Shown here piece after piece: positions 7,557 to 15,215 of a stretch of DNA of 27,404 bases. This stretch comes from an uncultured archaeon (GTDB lineage: Archaea > Asgardarchaeota > Jordiarchaeia > Jordiarchaeales > Jordiarchaeaceae), in assembly GCA_964510585.1 (NCBI GenBank), contig CAZECW010000049.1:1-27404 (forward strand). Direction: 5' to 3'. The translations under genes were made by a program, and so were the position numbers. The first letter of the stretch is position 1, and every line of letters starts with the position of its first letter. The notes under the pieces are model-generated. The model searched no databases. It had not been told where the DNA came from and saw only the letters and a list, made by a program, of their open reading frames with translations.

Positions 7557-8600
7557 ATGGAAGAATACCTGTTTCTAACTATGTTTTTAAATTACTGGTA
7601 TGCTTGGGATCTCGGAGTTCTTTGGACTATTCAGGGAAGTTTCTGGACCCCTTGGGGTTTCCTCGGTGGGAATCCCATTCTAGACAAATTCTGGTTTGTT
7701 ATCACTTCCTTGGGAAATGAAATGGTGTTATTTGTACTAACTGCGATAATATACTGGCTTGGCTACAAGCGAGAAGGCATCTTTCTAGCATTGCTTCTGG
7801 TTTTCAGCTCACTTATCAACTACACCCTAAAATATATTGTCGGCCGACCCAGGCCCTCATTTTACGAGTCCCGAAAACTATACTTCCCAGAAGGGCCCTC
7901 AATGCCCAGTGGACATGCACAAACAGTCACTGCCGCCGCATTCACACTTACTTGGCTTGCAAAGAAGGAAGCCCCAGCAGTGTCAAAGAGGGGAATCACC
8001 CTATTTGCACTAGCCGCCTTGGTGTCAATCCTTGTTTCCACAAGCAGAGTTTACCTAGGGGCACACTGGCCCACAGACGTGATTTCCGGTCTCCTCATAG
8101 GGCTGCTCATTTTTGGAATATTCGCTCTAACAGTTGATAAAACCTGGGTCTTCATTGATGCAAAACTTCCAAAGAGTCCCTGGATTAGAATAGCAATCGT
8201 AGTTATTGTTCTCCTCCTTATTGCCTTCGCAATACCCTTCAACTGGGAGTTGGGCTGGTACATCTATCTGCTTACAGCCGGCTACATAACTGGAACTCTA
8301 CCACTCACACTACTCATAATATATCCATTCGAATGGGGAATAAGCTGGTATCTTCCCGGAGCTATAGCAGGCTTCCTCTCAGGAGCAATCTTGGAACAAA
8401 AATATATTCAATTTACAACACCGAAGTCTTGGAAGTACGCTATCATAAGAATTATTCTAGGCGCAATAGTTGCTCTACCTGCATACTACCTCATAGACAA
8501 GGTTCCTTGGGGGCCTCTACAATTCCCAGTTTACGCCTTAATGGGCTTATGGGTAACACTGATTGCACCAGCAATCTTCAAAAAACTAGAACCAAAATAG
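7557..8600 (+). CDS. PAP2-superfamily membrane phosphatase (polyprenyl-pyrophosphate/lipid phosphatase-like)
   Basis: PAP2 motifs K-x6-RP (KYIVGRPRP), PSGH and SRVYLGAHWPTDV; many transmembrane segments. Confidence 0.9.
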   Translation: MEEYLFLTMFLNYWYAWDLGVLWTIQGSFWTPWGFLGGNPILDKFWFVITSLGNEMVLFVLTAIIYWLGYKREGIFLALLLVFSSLINYTLKYIVGRPRPSFYESRKLYFPEGPSMPSGHAQTVTAAAFTLTWLAKKEAPAVSKRGITLFALAALVSILVSTSRVYLGAHWPTDVISGLLIGLLIFGIFALTVDKTWVFIDAKLPKSPWIRIAIVVIVLLLIAFAIPFNWELGWYIYLLTAGYITGTLPLTLLIIYPFEWGISWYLPGAIAGFLSGAILEQKYIQFTTPKSWKYAIIRIILGAIVALPAYYLIDKVPWGPLQFPVYALMGLWVTLIAPAIFKKLEPK

Positions 8601-8718
8601 ATACGTCTCTTCTATCCCCTTTTTTCATTTTAATAATTTTGTTGAAAAATAAGCCATACAAAAACCCTTTCACATTAACCTTTTTGGTTCTGCATTGTAA
8701 AAACTGTTATAAACCTTT

Positions 8719-9408
8719 TTGGTGGAAGATGCGAGTGTGAACGATAAAATATTTAGGGTGATAAATCTTCTAAATCGGGAGTATGGAGAGAAAAAGTGGA
8801 AAAAGAAGTTTGACCCTCTCGACCAGCTGATACTAACCATCTTATCTCAGAATACTTCCGATAAAAATAGTTATGCTGCTTTTTCTAACCTGAAAAGAAA
8901 GTATCCTGTTTGGGAAAGCATAATTGGAGCTTCCGAGGAGGAAGTGGCAGAAGCCATAAGAGTTGGAGGACTGGGCAACATTAAAGCCAAGAGGATAAAG
9001 GAAGCCCTAACCGCAATTATGGAGAAGAGGAAAAATCTGAACCTATCTTACCTGAAATATATTCCGACAGATGAGGCGTTATCCTTTCTCACAAATCTCA
9101 AAGGGGTGGGTCCAAAAACTGCTGCCTGCGTCCTTCTCTTCTCATTCGGCAAGCCGGTTCTACCCGTAGACACCCATATTCACCGAGTGTCAAAAAGACT
9201 GAGCCTAATTGGAAACGCAGACCGCCTGAAGGCGCATAAAATACTCCAGCAGCTGGTTCCCGAGGAACAGGTTTACTCATTTCACATAAACATGATAGAG
9301 CATGGGAGGAGAATCTGTAAACCTAAACCTAAATGTCTGGAATGTGTTCTAAATGGGGTGTGCGCCTCAGCCAGCCAATTTTATACTGAGTTGGAAAAAA
9401 CAAAATAG
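8719..9408 (+). CDS. nth: Endonuclease III (HhH-GPD DNA glycosylase/AP lyase)
   Basis: ILSQNTSD, HhH LKGVGPKTA, PVDTHIHRV, C-terminal CKPKPKCLECVLNGVC Fe-S motif. Confidence 0.95.
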   Translation: MVEDASVNDKIFRVINLLNREYGEKKWKKKFDPLDQLILTILSQNTSDKNSYAAFSNLKRKYPVWESIIGASEEEVAEAIRVGGLGNIKAKRIKEALTAIMEKRKNLNLSYLKYIPTDEALSFLTNLKGVGPKTAACVLLFSFGKPVLPVDTHIHRVSKRLSLIGNADRLKAHKILQQLVPEEQVYSFHINMIEHGRRICKPKPKCLECVLNGVCASASQFYTELEKTK

Positions 9409-9431
9409 AACCGCCAATGGGAGAATTTGCG

Positions 9432-9457
9432 GCGGGGCTATCTCCCCGCTTATTCTT
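9432..9457 (+). terminator. GC-rich hairpin plus T-rich tail after nth
   Basis: GCGGGG-CTATCT-CCCCGC followed by TTATTCTT, 23 nt after the nth stop. Confidence 0.4.
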
Positions 9458-9533
9458 CCGATAGAGTTAAAAACCTTAGTCTAATTAAAATTAATATCAA
9501 AAACAAAAATTTTTACATTATACCAAATTTATA

Positions 9534-9547
9534 TTTACATATGTAAA
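9534..9547. promoter_or_regulatory. Perfect 14-bp palindrome, candidate transcription-factor operator upstream of the 9685 gene
   Basis: TTTACATATGTAAA; the TTTACAT half-site recurs at 9512-9518. Confidence 0.35.
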
Positions 9548-9684
9548 ATAAAAGACAAATTTTATTTGTACAAGTAAATGTTTCCGATACAAATATAAAT
9601 AATGAATGTATTGTCTCAAAACAATTCCCAACTATTTGAGGAACTGAGCAAAAAACAATTCGATTCAAATTAAAGGTGTAGTAA

Positions 9685-10869
9685 ATGCATGACGTATACA
9701 TTTGTGACACCACTCTGAGAGATGGCAGGCAGATGCCTGGCGTATACTTCACATTGTACGAGTGTGTAGAAATAGCCAAAAGGCTGGACGAGATAGGAAT
9801 AGACCAAATAGAAGTCTTCTGCCCGGGCTACGTGCTCAAAGACTACTTCCTGATACGAGAGCTAAACAAAATAGGACTAGACAAAAAATTGCTAGTCTGG
9901 CATAGAGGATTAAAGGTAGACCTAGAGAAATCCATCAACACCAAACTCAAATTTGGAGCAGTAGCCCTATCTGTAGCAACAGAAAAACATCATCGTGAAC
10001 AGAAACTCCAGATGACCAAGGAACAAATAATAGAGAACATGTGTGAAGCAGTTTCATTTGCAAAGGAGCACGGGCTATACGTATCTGTAAATGCCGAAAA
10101 AAGTGTAGGCACAGAACCAGAATACTTAATAGACTTCGCCGATGCGGTCACCGAAGCAGGCGCGGACAGAATAAGATACTGCGATACCTTGGGAGAACTC
10201 ATACCTCACGAAACATATAACATCATCTCAAAACTTGCAAAGAGAATTAAAGTAGACATAGAATTTCATGGACACGACGATATGGGTTTGGGTGTGGGTA
10301 ACACCCTTGAAGCATATAGGGCAGGAGCCAAGTGGCTGGACACCAGTGTCTGCAGATTGGGCGAGCGCGGCGGCTTCACTTCTCTCGAGCAAGTCCTATA
10401 TAACCTCTATAAACACTTCAACATCAAGAAATACGATGTGAGCAAACTAGCAGAACTAGCCTCCTTTGTACAGAACGTATCTGGCATAGATCCACCACCA
10501 AACACTCCCATTACCGGTTTAAACATTTACCGTCACGAGTCCGGCATCCATGCCCACGGTGTACTCAGAGACGTGAGCCTTTATGAAAAAGTGAGAGCTG
10601 CAGAAGTGGGCATAAAAGAAGGTTCCATGAGAGACAAGATAGTCATCGGAGAGACAACAGGTAGAGAAAGTATAGTCTTCATACTCAAAGAATTCGGTAT
10701 AAATGTGGAAAAAACAGACCCTGTCATAAGCAAGATTCTAAACAAGATTCAGGAACAGTACCTTTTTGGCAGAAAAACAAGTGTAGCCCACGAAGAACTG
10801 GTCGAATTATACCAACTCTTCACCGCAAAGAACCGCGTAAAACCCGTAACCACAATTGCCGAATTCTAA
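9685..10869 (+). CDS. Homocitrate-synthase/LeuA-like DRE-TIM metallolyase without regulatory domain (divergent active-site motifs)
   Basis: DTTLRDG-x-Q, RIRYCDTLG, EFHGHDDMGLG, LGER, HESGIH. Confidence 0.8.
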   Translation: MHDVYICDTTLRDGRQMPGVYFTLYECVEIAKRLDEIGIDQIEVFCPGYVLKDYFLIRELNKIGLDKKLLVWHRGLKVDLEKSINTKLKFGAVALSVATEKHHREQKLQMTKEQIIENMCEAVSFAKEHGLYVSVNAEKSVGTEPEYLIDFADAVTEAGADRIRYCDTLGELIPHETYNIISKLAKRIKVDIEFHGHDDMGLGVGNTLEAYRAGAKWLDTSVCRLGERGGFTSLEQVLYNLYKHFNIKKYDVSKLAELASFVQNVSGIDPPPNTPITGLNIYRHESGIHAHGVLRDVSLYEKVRAAEVGIKEGSMRDKIVIGETTGRESIVFILKEFGINVEKTDPVISKILNKIQEQYLFGRKTSVAHEELVELYQLFTAKNRVKPVTTIAEF

Positions 10870-10968
10870 AAGTCAAGAAACTTTTTTTGATGATTATACT
10901 TTTTCATCTTTAAAACATATTTATATTTCTCTATTTTTTGGGAACAATTTAAATTCTTCAGCGTTTCA

Positions 10969-12105
10969 GTGATTCTTAGGGATGAAGGAAGGATGTACAG
11001 GGCAGGTGTTGCAGAGCTTCCTTTGCACGGAGGGAAGGCTCCCAGGTGGCTTTTCGGCCGCATGGTTAAGCTGGCAGATGCCATAGTATCCATAATTATT
11101 GACGAGTATGGAACAAGGGAATTAATCCAGAGACTCTCAAACCCATTCTTCTTCCAAGCCCTTTCCTGCGTTTTGGGATTCGACTGGCATAGCTCCGGAA
11201 CCACCACGGTAACATGCTCAGCCCTGAAACTAGCCATGAAGCCAGTAGAACACGGAGTGGCGGTAGCTGGAGGTAAAGGTTCAACCTCCAGAAAGACGCC
11301 TCTTGAAATACCTCAAATAGGGGAACTCTTTAATCTCTCGGAAGCCAAAGTAGAAGACTTGAAGTATGCAAGTCGCATGTCTGCGAAGGTGGATAACACC
11401 GCCATACAAGCCGGCTACCAGCTCTACCACCACTGTATCTTCATAACAGAGGAGGGTGATTGGAGCGTAATACAACAAGGTATGAACCCCGAAATCAGAA
11501 AAGCCCGCAGATACCATTGGCTCAAGGGAACCTTCAAAACATTTGTTGAGGAGCCACACACAGCAATAGTAGGAGAAGTCTCCCACGAAAATGTACTGGA
11601 CATGACCTCTAGACAGAGTGAGGAGTGTAGAAAAATATCAACAGACCTGGTTAATGATAATCCTCAGCACCTCAAAACCATATTATCCGATAAACCCCTA
11701 AACCAAGAGACTCTCCTCAAATGGGTGCCTCAAAGCAAAGTATCCCTTCCTTTACGCCTCAACCTCCTGAGCGGCGTAAATTGGAAAGCCCTAATGAAAG
11801 CCTACCAAACTCAACCCAAAAACTATGAAGAACTCCTCTCCCTCCGAGGAATAGGTCCCTCTACAGTAAAGGCTCTTGCTATGATATCAGGACTAATATA
11901 TGGAAAACCGCCCAGCTGGAAGGATCCAGTAAAGTATTCTTTTACCTTCGGGGGCAAAGACGGAGTCCCCTACCCGGTTAACAAAAAATCTATGGACGAG
12001 GCAACAGCTTTCCTAAAAAAGGTGGTGGAAGAAGCAAAAACCGAATCAAAAGAAAAGACCCAAGCCCTCAAAAGACTGCAACAATACGCACCATTCACCG
12101 AATAA
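10969..12105 (+). CDS. DUF763-family conserved protein
   Basis: Signature segments LPLHGGKAPRWLF, WHSSGTTT, IQQGMN...ARRYHW, SFTFGGKDGVPYPV. The real start may be the ATG of MYRAG. Confidence 0.85.
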   Translation: MILRDEGRMYRAGVAELPLHGGKAPRWLFGRMVKLADAIVSIIIDEYGTRELIQRLSNPFFFQALSCVLGFDWHSSGTTTVTCSALKLAMKPVEHGVAVAGGKGSTSRKTPLEIPQIGELFNLSEAKVEDLKYASRMSAKVDNTAIQAGYQLYHHCIFITEEGDWSVIQQGMNPEIRKARRYHWLKGTFKTFVEEPHTAIVGEVSHENVLDMTSRQSEECRKISTDLVNDNPQHLKTILSDKPLNQETLLKWVPQSKVSLPLRLNLLSGVNWKALMKAYQTQPKNYEELLSLRGIGPSTVKALAMISGLIYGKPPSWKDPVKYSFTFGGKDGVPYPVNKKSMDEATAFLKKVVEEAKTESKEKTQALKRLQQYAPFTE

Positions 12106-12171
12106 AAAATTGGACAACACGAAAGAATAAAGATAGTCACAATAATCTAAAAACTAGCTTTTACCTTCTTT

Positions 12172-12200
12172 AACAGCTTACCTGCTTCTGGGCAGCTGTT
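12172..12200. terminator. Hairpin between the convergent DUF763 gene and the small membrane-peptide ORF
   Basis: AACAGC...GCTGTT outer stem with an inner TGC/GCA stem, followed by T-runs. Confidence 0.35.
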
Positions 12201-12207
12201 TTTACTA

Positions 12208-12291
12208 TTAATATATGGCCGTAAAGAGTGCAGCCAATAATGTTCCAAGGAATAGTAGAATCAGAATGATTGCTAAAATTTTTCTTCGCAA
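12208..12291 (-). CDS. 27-aa single-pass membrane peptide (not in the ORF track)
   Basis: TTG CGA AGA AAA ... TAT TAA = MRRKILAIILILLFLGTLLAALFTAIY; basic N-terminus plus an uninterrupted hydrophobic helix; SD-like GGAAGGA 6 nt upstream. Confidence 0.55.
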   Translation of the reverse strand: MRRKILAIILILLFLGTLLAALFTAIY

Positions 12292-12629
12292 GGCAGTTCC
12301 TTCCAATTGAAGGGGTGAAATTGGTATTAACTAGTAATCTGATTTCTCAACTTTTATTTTTTTACCTGGCTATTTTTTAATTTTGATGATTAAGGTTTAT
12401 GTGAAGTCTTAGTTTGCTAAATCTTCTTTTGCTATTGGCTCTTTCTGTGGAGGGTTTTTATTGATTGGGGCGTTATTTTTCTGAAAATTTAGGTGATTTT
12501 TTAAAATATTTACTGATATTAAATCGTTATTTTTTCAATTTCTGTTTATAATTTTCGCCACAGTAAAATTTAAATATTATGTAGTCTAACTACATACTAG
12601 GGAAAAGGAGTGAAAGAAGGAAAAACCTA

Positions 12630-13289
12630 GTGTCGGCCCCCAGACAAACGTACAAAATCGTCGTATGCGGCGACGGAAGTGTAGGCAAAACCAGCCTCAT
12701 TTTGAAATACACCCAAAACACCTTCAACGAAAATTATATGGCGACTGTGGGTGCAAATTTCGCCACAAAAAAACTAACAATAAACGGTGTAGAAATTATT
12801 TCCCAGTATTGGGACATGGGCGGCCAGCCACAGTTTAAGTTTATACGCCAGAACTTTTATCGGGGCGCCAGAGGCATTATTTACGTTTACGACGTCACAA
12901 GGCGTGAAACCTTCATAAACCTCGAAAAATGGATACAAGAAGTAAACCAGGTTCTTAGTAACGTTCCCTGCATACTAATAGGTAATAAAATTGATCTTCC
13001 CCGACAAGTTGATGAGAGCGAGGCGAGAGAATACAGTTCCAAGATTAATGCTAAATACTTCGAAACCAGCGTAGCTCAAAACATTAATGTTCAAGAAAGC
13101 ATGGATAGCATAAACCACATCATATCTGAAAAGCAAGAAAGCCTGAATAAATCAATCACCTCGCCCAAAACATTATCCCCTACAGACAACCTATTTAAAC
13201 CTCCAATTAGATGCCCAGTTGCATCTACCTCCTCTAAATACCCCCTACCTGAATCAGTTTTCCCCGAAGCTTATAGAATTAGAATATAA
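12630..13289 (+). CDS. Rab-like small GTPase (Ras superfamily) with C-terminal extension
   Basis: G1 GDGSVGKT, G2 TVG, G3 WDMGGQ, G4 NKID, G5 ETSV; Rab-type FYRGA and VYDVT segments; TATA-like TTTAAATA at 12569-12576. Confidence 0.9.
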   Translation: MSAPRQTYKIVVCGDGSVGKTSLILKYTQNTFNENYMATVGANFATKKLTINGVEIISQYWDMGGQPQFKFIRQNFYRGARGIIYVYDVTRRETFINLEKWIQEVNQVLSNVPCILIGNKIDLPRQVDESEAREYSSKINAKYFETSVAQNINVQESMDSINHIISEKQESLNKSITSPKTLSPTDNLFKPPIRCPVASTSSKYPLPESVFPEAYRIRI

Positions 13290-13506
13290 ACCAAAATGGG
13301 TATCGAATAATACAACGTTCTCAAAAAAGGTGGAAACAAAGCCCTTCAATACCTTCTCGACCTTTTCCCCCCTCTCCTTCTGATTCAAAAATATTAACTA
13401 TTTCTAACCCAACCTTTTCTATATTCGAAGCGGCTCTTTTTGTAGGGTGCAAAAATTATAAATCGCCCCTACTCAGAGCCTTAAACCCCTCCTCCTGTTG
13501 GTTTTC

Positions 13507-13519
13507 GAAAGTTTAATAT
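13507..13519 (+). promoter_or_regulatory. Putative original BRE/TATA of the macrodomain gene, separated from it by the 271-bp insertion
   Basis: GAAAG-TTTAATAT. In the reconstructed empty site it lies about 31 nt upstream of a TG initiator (G13814), followed by SD GAGGTG and ATG 13831. Confidence 0.45.
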
Positions 13520-13533
13520 CTAACTTTTATTCA

Positions 13534-13804
13534 TTGGCGCTTCCCTCGACTAAAGTTGGGGGATTCTTGCTTCTGGCTCATCACCTCCAAAGCAACGGGT
13601 GTGCCACCACCCGGTTTAGCACGCCCTTCCCTCAGGGAACGGCGTCTATGTCGGCACCCTTATGGGGGCTGCGTCTTGTCTAGCCCTTTTGAGTCAAGCC
13701 AAACCCTTTAGCCACCGACAACTATTAATATACCCTAACTTAAAATAGGCTATTTTGGCGATTTATCCCCACGACTTAGTCGGGGGCTTTCTCGACAAGG
13801 TTCA
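13534..13804 (-). mobile_element. Non-autonomous IS200/IS605 (IS608-like) element, 271 bp, copy B (putative omegaRNA cassette)
   Basis: Minus strand: TTAC (13808-13805) | tgaaccttgtcgag AAAG cccccgac-taa-gtcgtgggg ... GAAT cccccaac-ttta-gtcgaggg aagcg CCAA. Same length as and colinear with 7133-7403, roughly 80-85% identical by eye. Confidence 0.88.
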
Positions 13805-13821
13805 GTAAATGCTGTTTTGAG

Positions 13822-14361
13822 GTGGGTTTAATGGTTGAATTAAAAGTGAACAAAACAATATTAGAATTAGTTCAGGGCGATATTACAGAACAAAGTACCG
13901 ATGCCATAGTAAACGCCGCCAACACCGCGCTCCAACTGGGTGGAGGAGTTGCAGGTGCCATCAGAAGGAAGGGTGGGCCTAAAATACAGGATGAGTGTAA
14001 CAAGATTGGTGGAACCTACGTTGGAGGGGCTGTAATCACCACCGGTGGAAACCTTAAGGCAAAGTATGTGATTCATGCGGTAGGTCCCCGTTGGGGGGAA
14101 GGCAACGAAGATGAAAAACTTAGAAATGCTACCCTTAACAGTCTAAAGCTTGCGGATGAAAAAAACTTGAAAAGTATCTCATTTCCTGCCATAAGTACTG
14201 GTATTTTCGGCTTTCCTATGAAGAGAGCCTCAGAAATAATGCTCAAAACTACAATTGAATATTTAAAGGGCAGTACGGGTCTTGAAAAAGTGGTGTTCGT
14301 CCTCTACGACAGAGAATCCTACAACATATTTAATGAGACACTGAAAAGTATGACTATTTAG
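13822..14361 (+). CDS. Macrodomain protein (ADP-ribose-binding / O-acetyl-ADP-ribose deacetylase, MacroD type)
   Basis: GDIT...DAIVNAAN, GGGVAGAI, VIHAVGP, SISFPAISTGIFGFP. The probable true start is ATG 13831, after SD GAGGTG. Confidence 0.93.
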   Translation: MGLMVELKVNKTILELVQGDITEQSTDAIVNAANTALQLGGGVAGAIRRKGGPKIQDECNKIGGTYVGGAVITTGGNLKAKYVIHAVGPRWGEGNEDEKLRNATLNSLKLADEKNLKSISFPAISTGIFGFPMKRASEIMLKTTIEYLKGSTGLEKVVFVLYDRESYNIFNETLKSMTI

Positions 14362-14494
14362 CCAAACCAAGTTTTAAATTAGGCGCCGCATTAGACATAA
14401 AAACTTAAAGGCATATTAAAATTCAGCAAACATTTGAGAAGAGTTAAATTTGGAATGCTTTATGAATGAAGGAAGATGGGAATAGGAATAAGCG

Positions 14495-15169
14495 ATGAAT
14501 GATGAAGTTAGAAAATATTATGTTTCTGCTCCTGAAAAAGAAATAAGCTCAGACGTGTCCGCAAAAACTTTTGACATTTGGAATGTTATAGAATTTTGGA
14601 GAAAAAAACTAGAAATAGGAAATAGACTACTAGATGTGGGGATAGGTACAGGCCATTTCACTTATCAAGCCCTCAGAAAGGGTTACAATGTTGTGGGAAT
14701 AGATTTTTTGGAGGAACTCTTGGAAAAGGTTGCCAAAAAATTTCCCGAACTCAAAGGCAAGTTGCACATAGTGAACGTCCTTGACGAAAAATCAGTATCC
14801 GAATTTGTAAGAAAATTTAACCAATTCGACATTGTAACTGTTTTAGGGCTAGTTCCAAACCATGCAGAGAACAAGCAACAATTAACTGCAACACTTTACA
14901 ACATTACAAAATTCGCAGGAGTAAACTCACTAATCGTCGAGGATCTCTTACTCCAAGAAATGTTTCCGGGCAGACCAGAAATCTATTGGAGCGAATTTAC
15001 ACACACCCTAATCTCACTATCTGAATTGGGCGAATTCCTCAAAAAGTACGGTCTCAGACTCCTTGACGCCTACACCATCCACGAAATTTATCCAGCAATA
15101 AGCGAATTTGACAAAGAACTCGACGAACACTACATAAGACTATTCCTTCACAAACCACCAAGAAAATAA
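14495..15169 (+). CDS. Class I SAM-dependent methyltransferase
   Basis: Motif I LLDVGIGTGHF, then VVGIDF and FDIVTV; substrate unknown. Confidence 0.8.
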   Translation: MNDEVRKYYVSAPEKEISSDVSAKTFDIWNVIEFWRKKLEIGNRLLDVGIGTGHFTYQALRKGYNVVGIDFLEELLEKVAKKFPELKGKLHIVNVLDEKSVSEFVRKFNQFDIVTVLGLVPNHAENKQQLTATLYNITKFAGVNSLIVEDLLLQEMFPGRPEIYWSEFTHTLISLSELGEFLKKYGLRLLDAYTIHEIYPAISEFDKELDEHYIRLFLHKPPRK

Positions 15170-15215
15170 AAAAGGTACACAGCAACACTTGACTCAAAAA
15201 TCTGTGAAAAAATTT

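Noticed and set aside
13328-13340. GGTGGAAACAAAG, and AGTGGAAAC near 4275, resembling part of an ORB origin box
   Set aside because: Lacks the TCCA half and the G-string, is not arranged as repeats around an AT-rich unwinding element, and there is no cdc6/orc1 gene in the window.
13140-13500. Protein-like minus-strand fragments overlapping the GTPase tail (KVEKVLKGFVSTFFENVVLFDTH; GYLEEVDATGHLIGGLNRL)
   Set aside because: Broken by stops and frameshifts, with no motif I can assign. It could be a decayed gene but cannot be supported without a search.
13498-13683. 61-aa ORF overlapping mini-element copy B
   Set aside because: It is the antisense of the structured non-coding interior; I see no family motif and no TnpB C-terminal DRD..NAA.NI remnant in the element.
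13530-13804. TGAA at the start of copy B and again just beyond its right end, suggesting a 4-bp target-site duplication
   Set aside because: IS200/IS605 elements do not make duplications, copy A shows none (AAAA versus ATCT), and the TTAC-to-AAAG spacing of 14 nt matches copy A. Treated as coincidence.
85-13804. The recurring CCCCACGAC-TT(T)A-GTCGGGGG hairpin as a CRISPR repeat or REP array
   Set aside because: Copies are kilobases apart with no regular spacers, and they are fully explained as IS200/IS605 subterminal hairpins.
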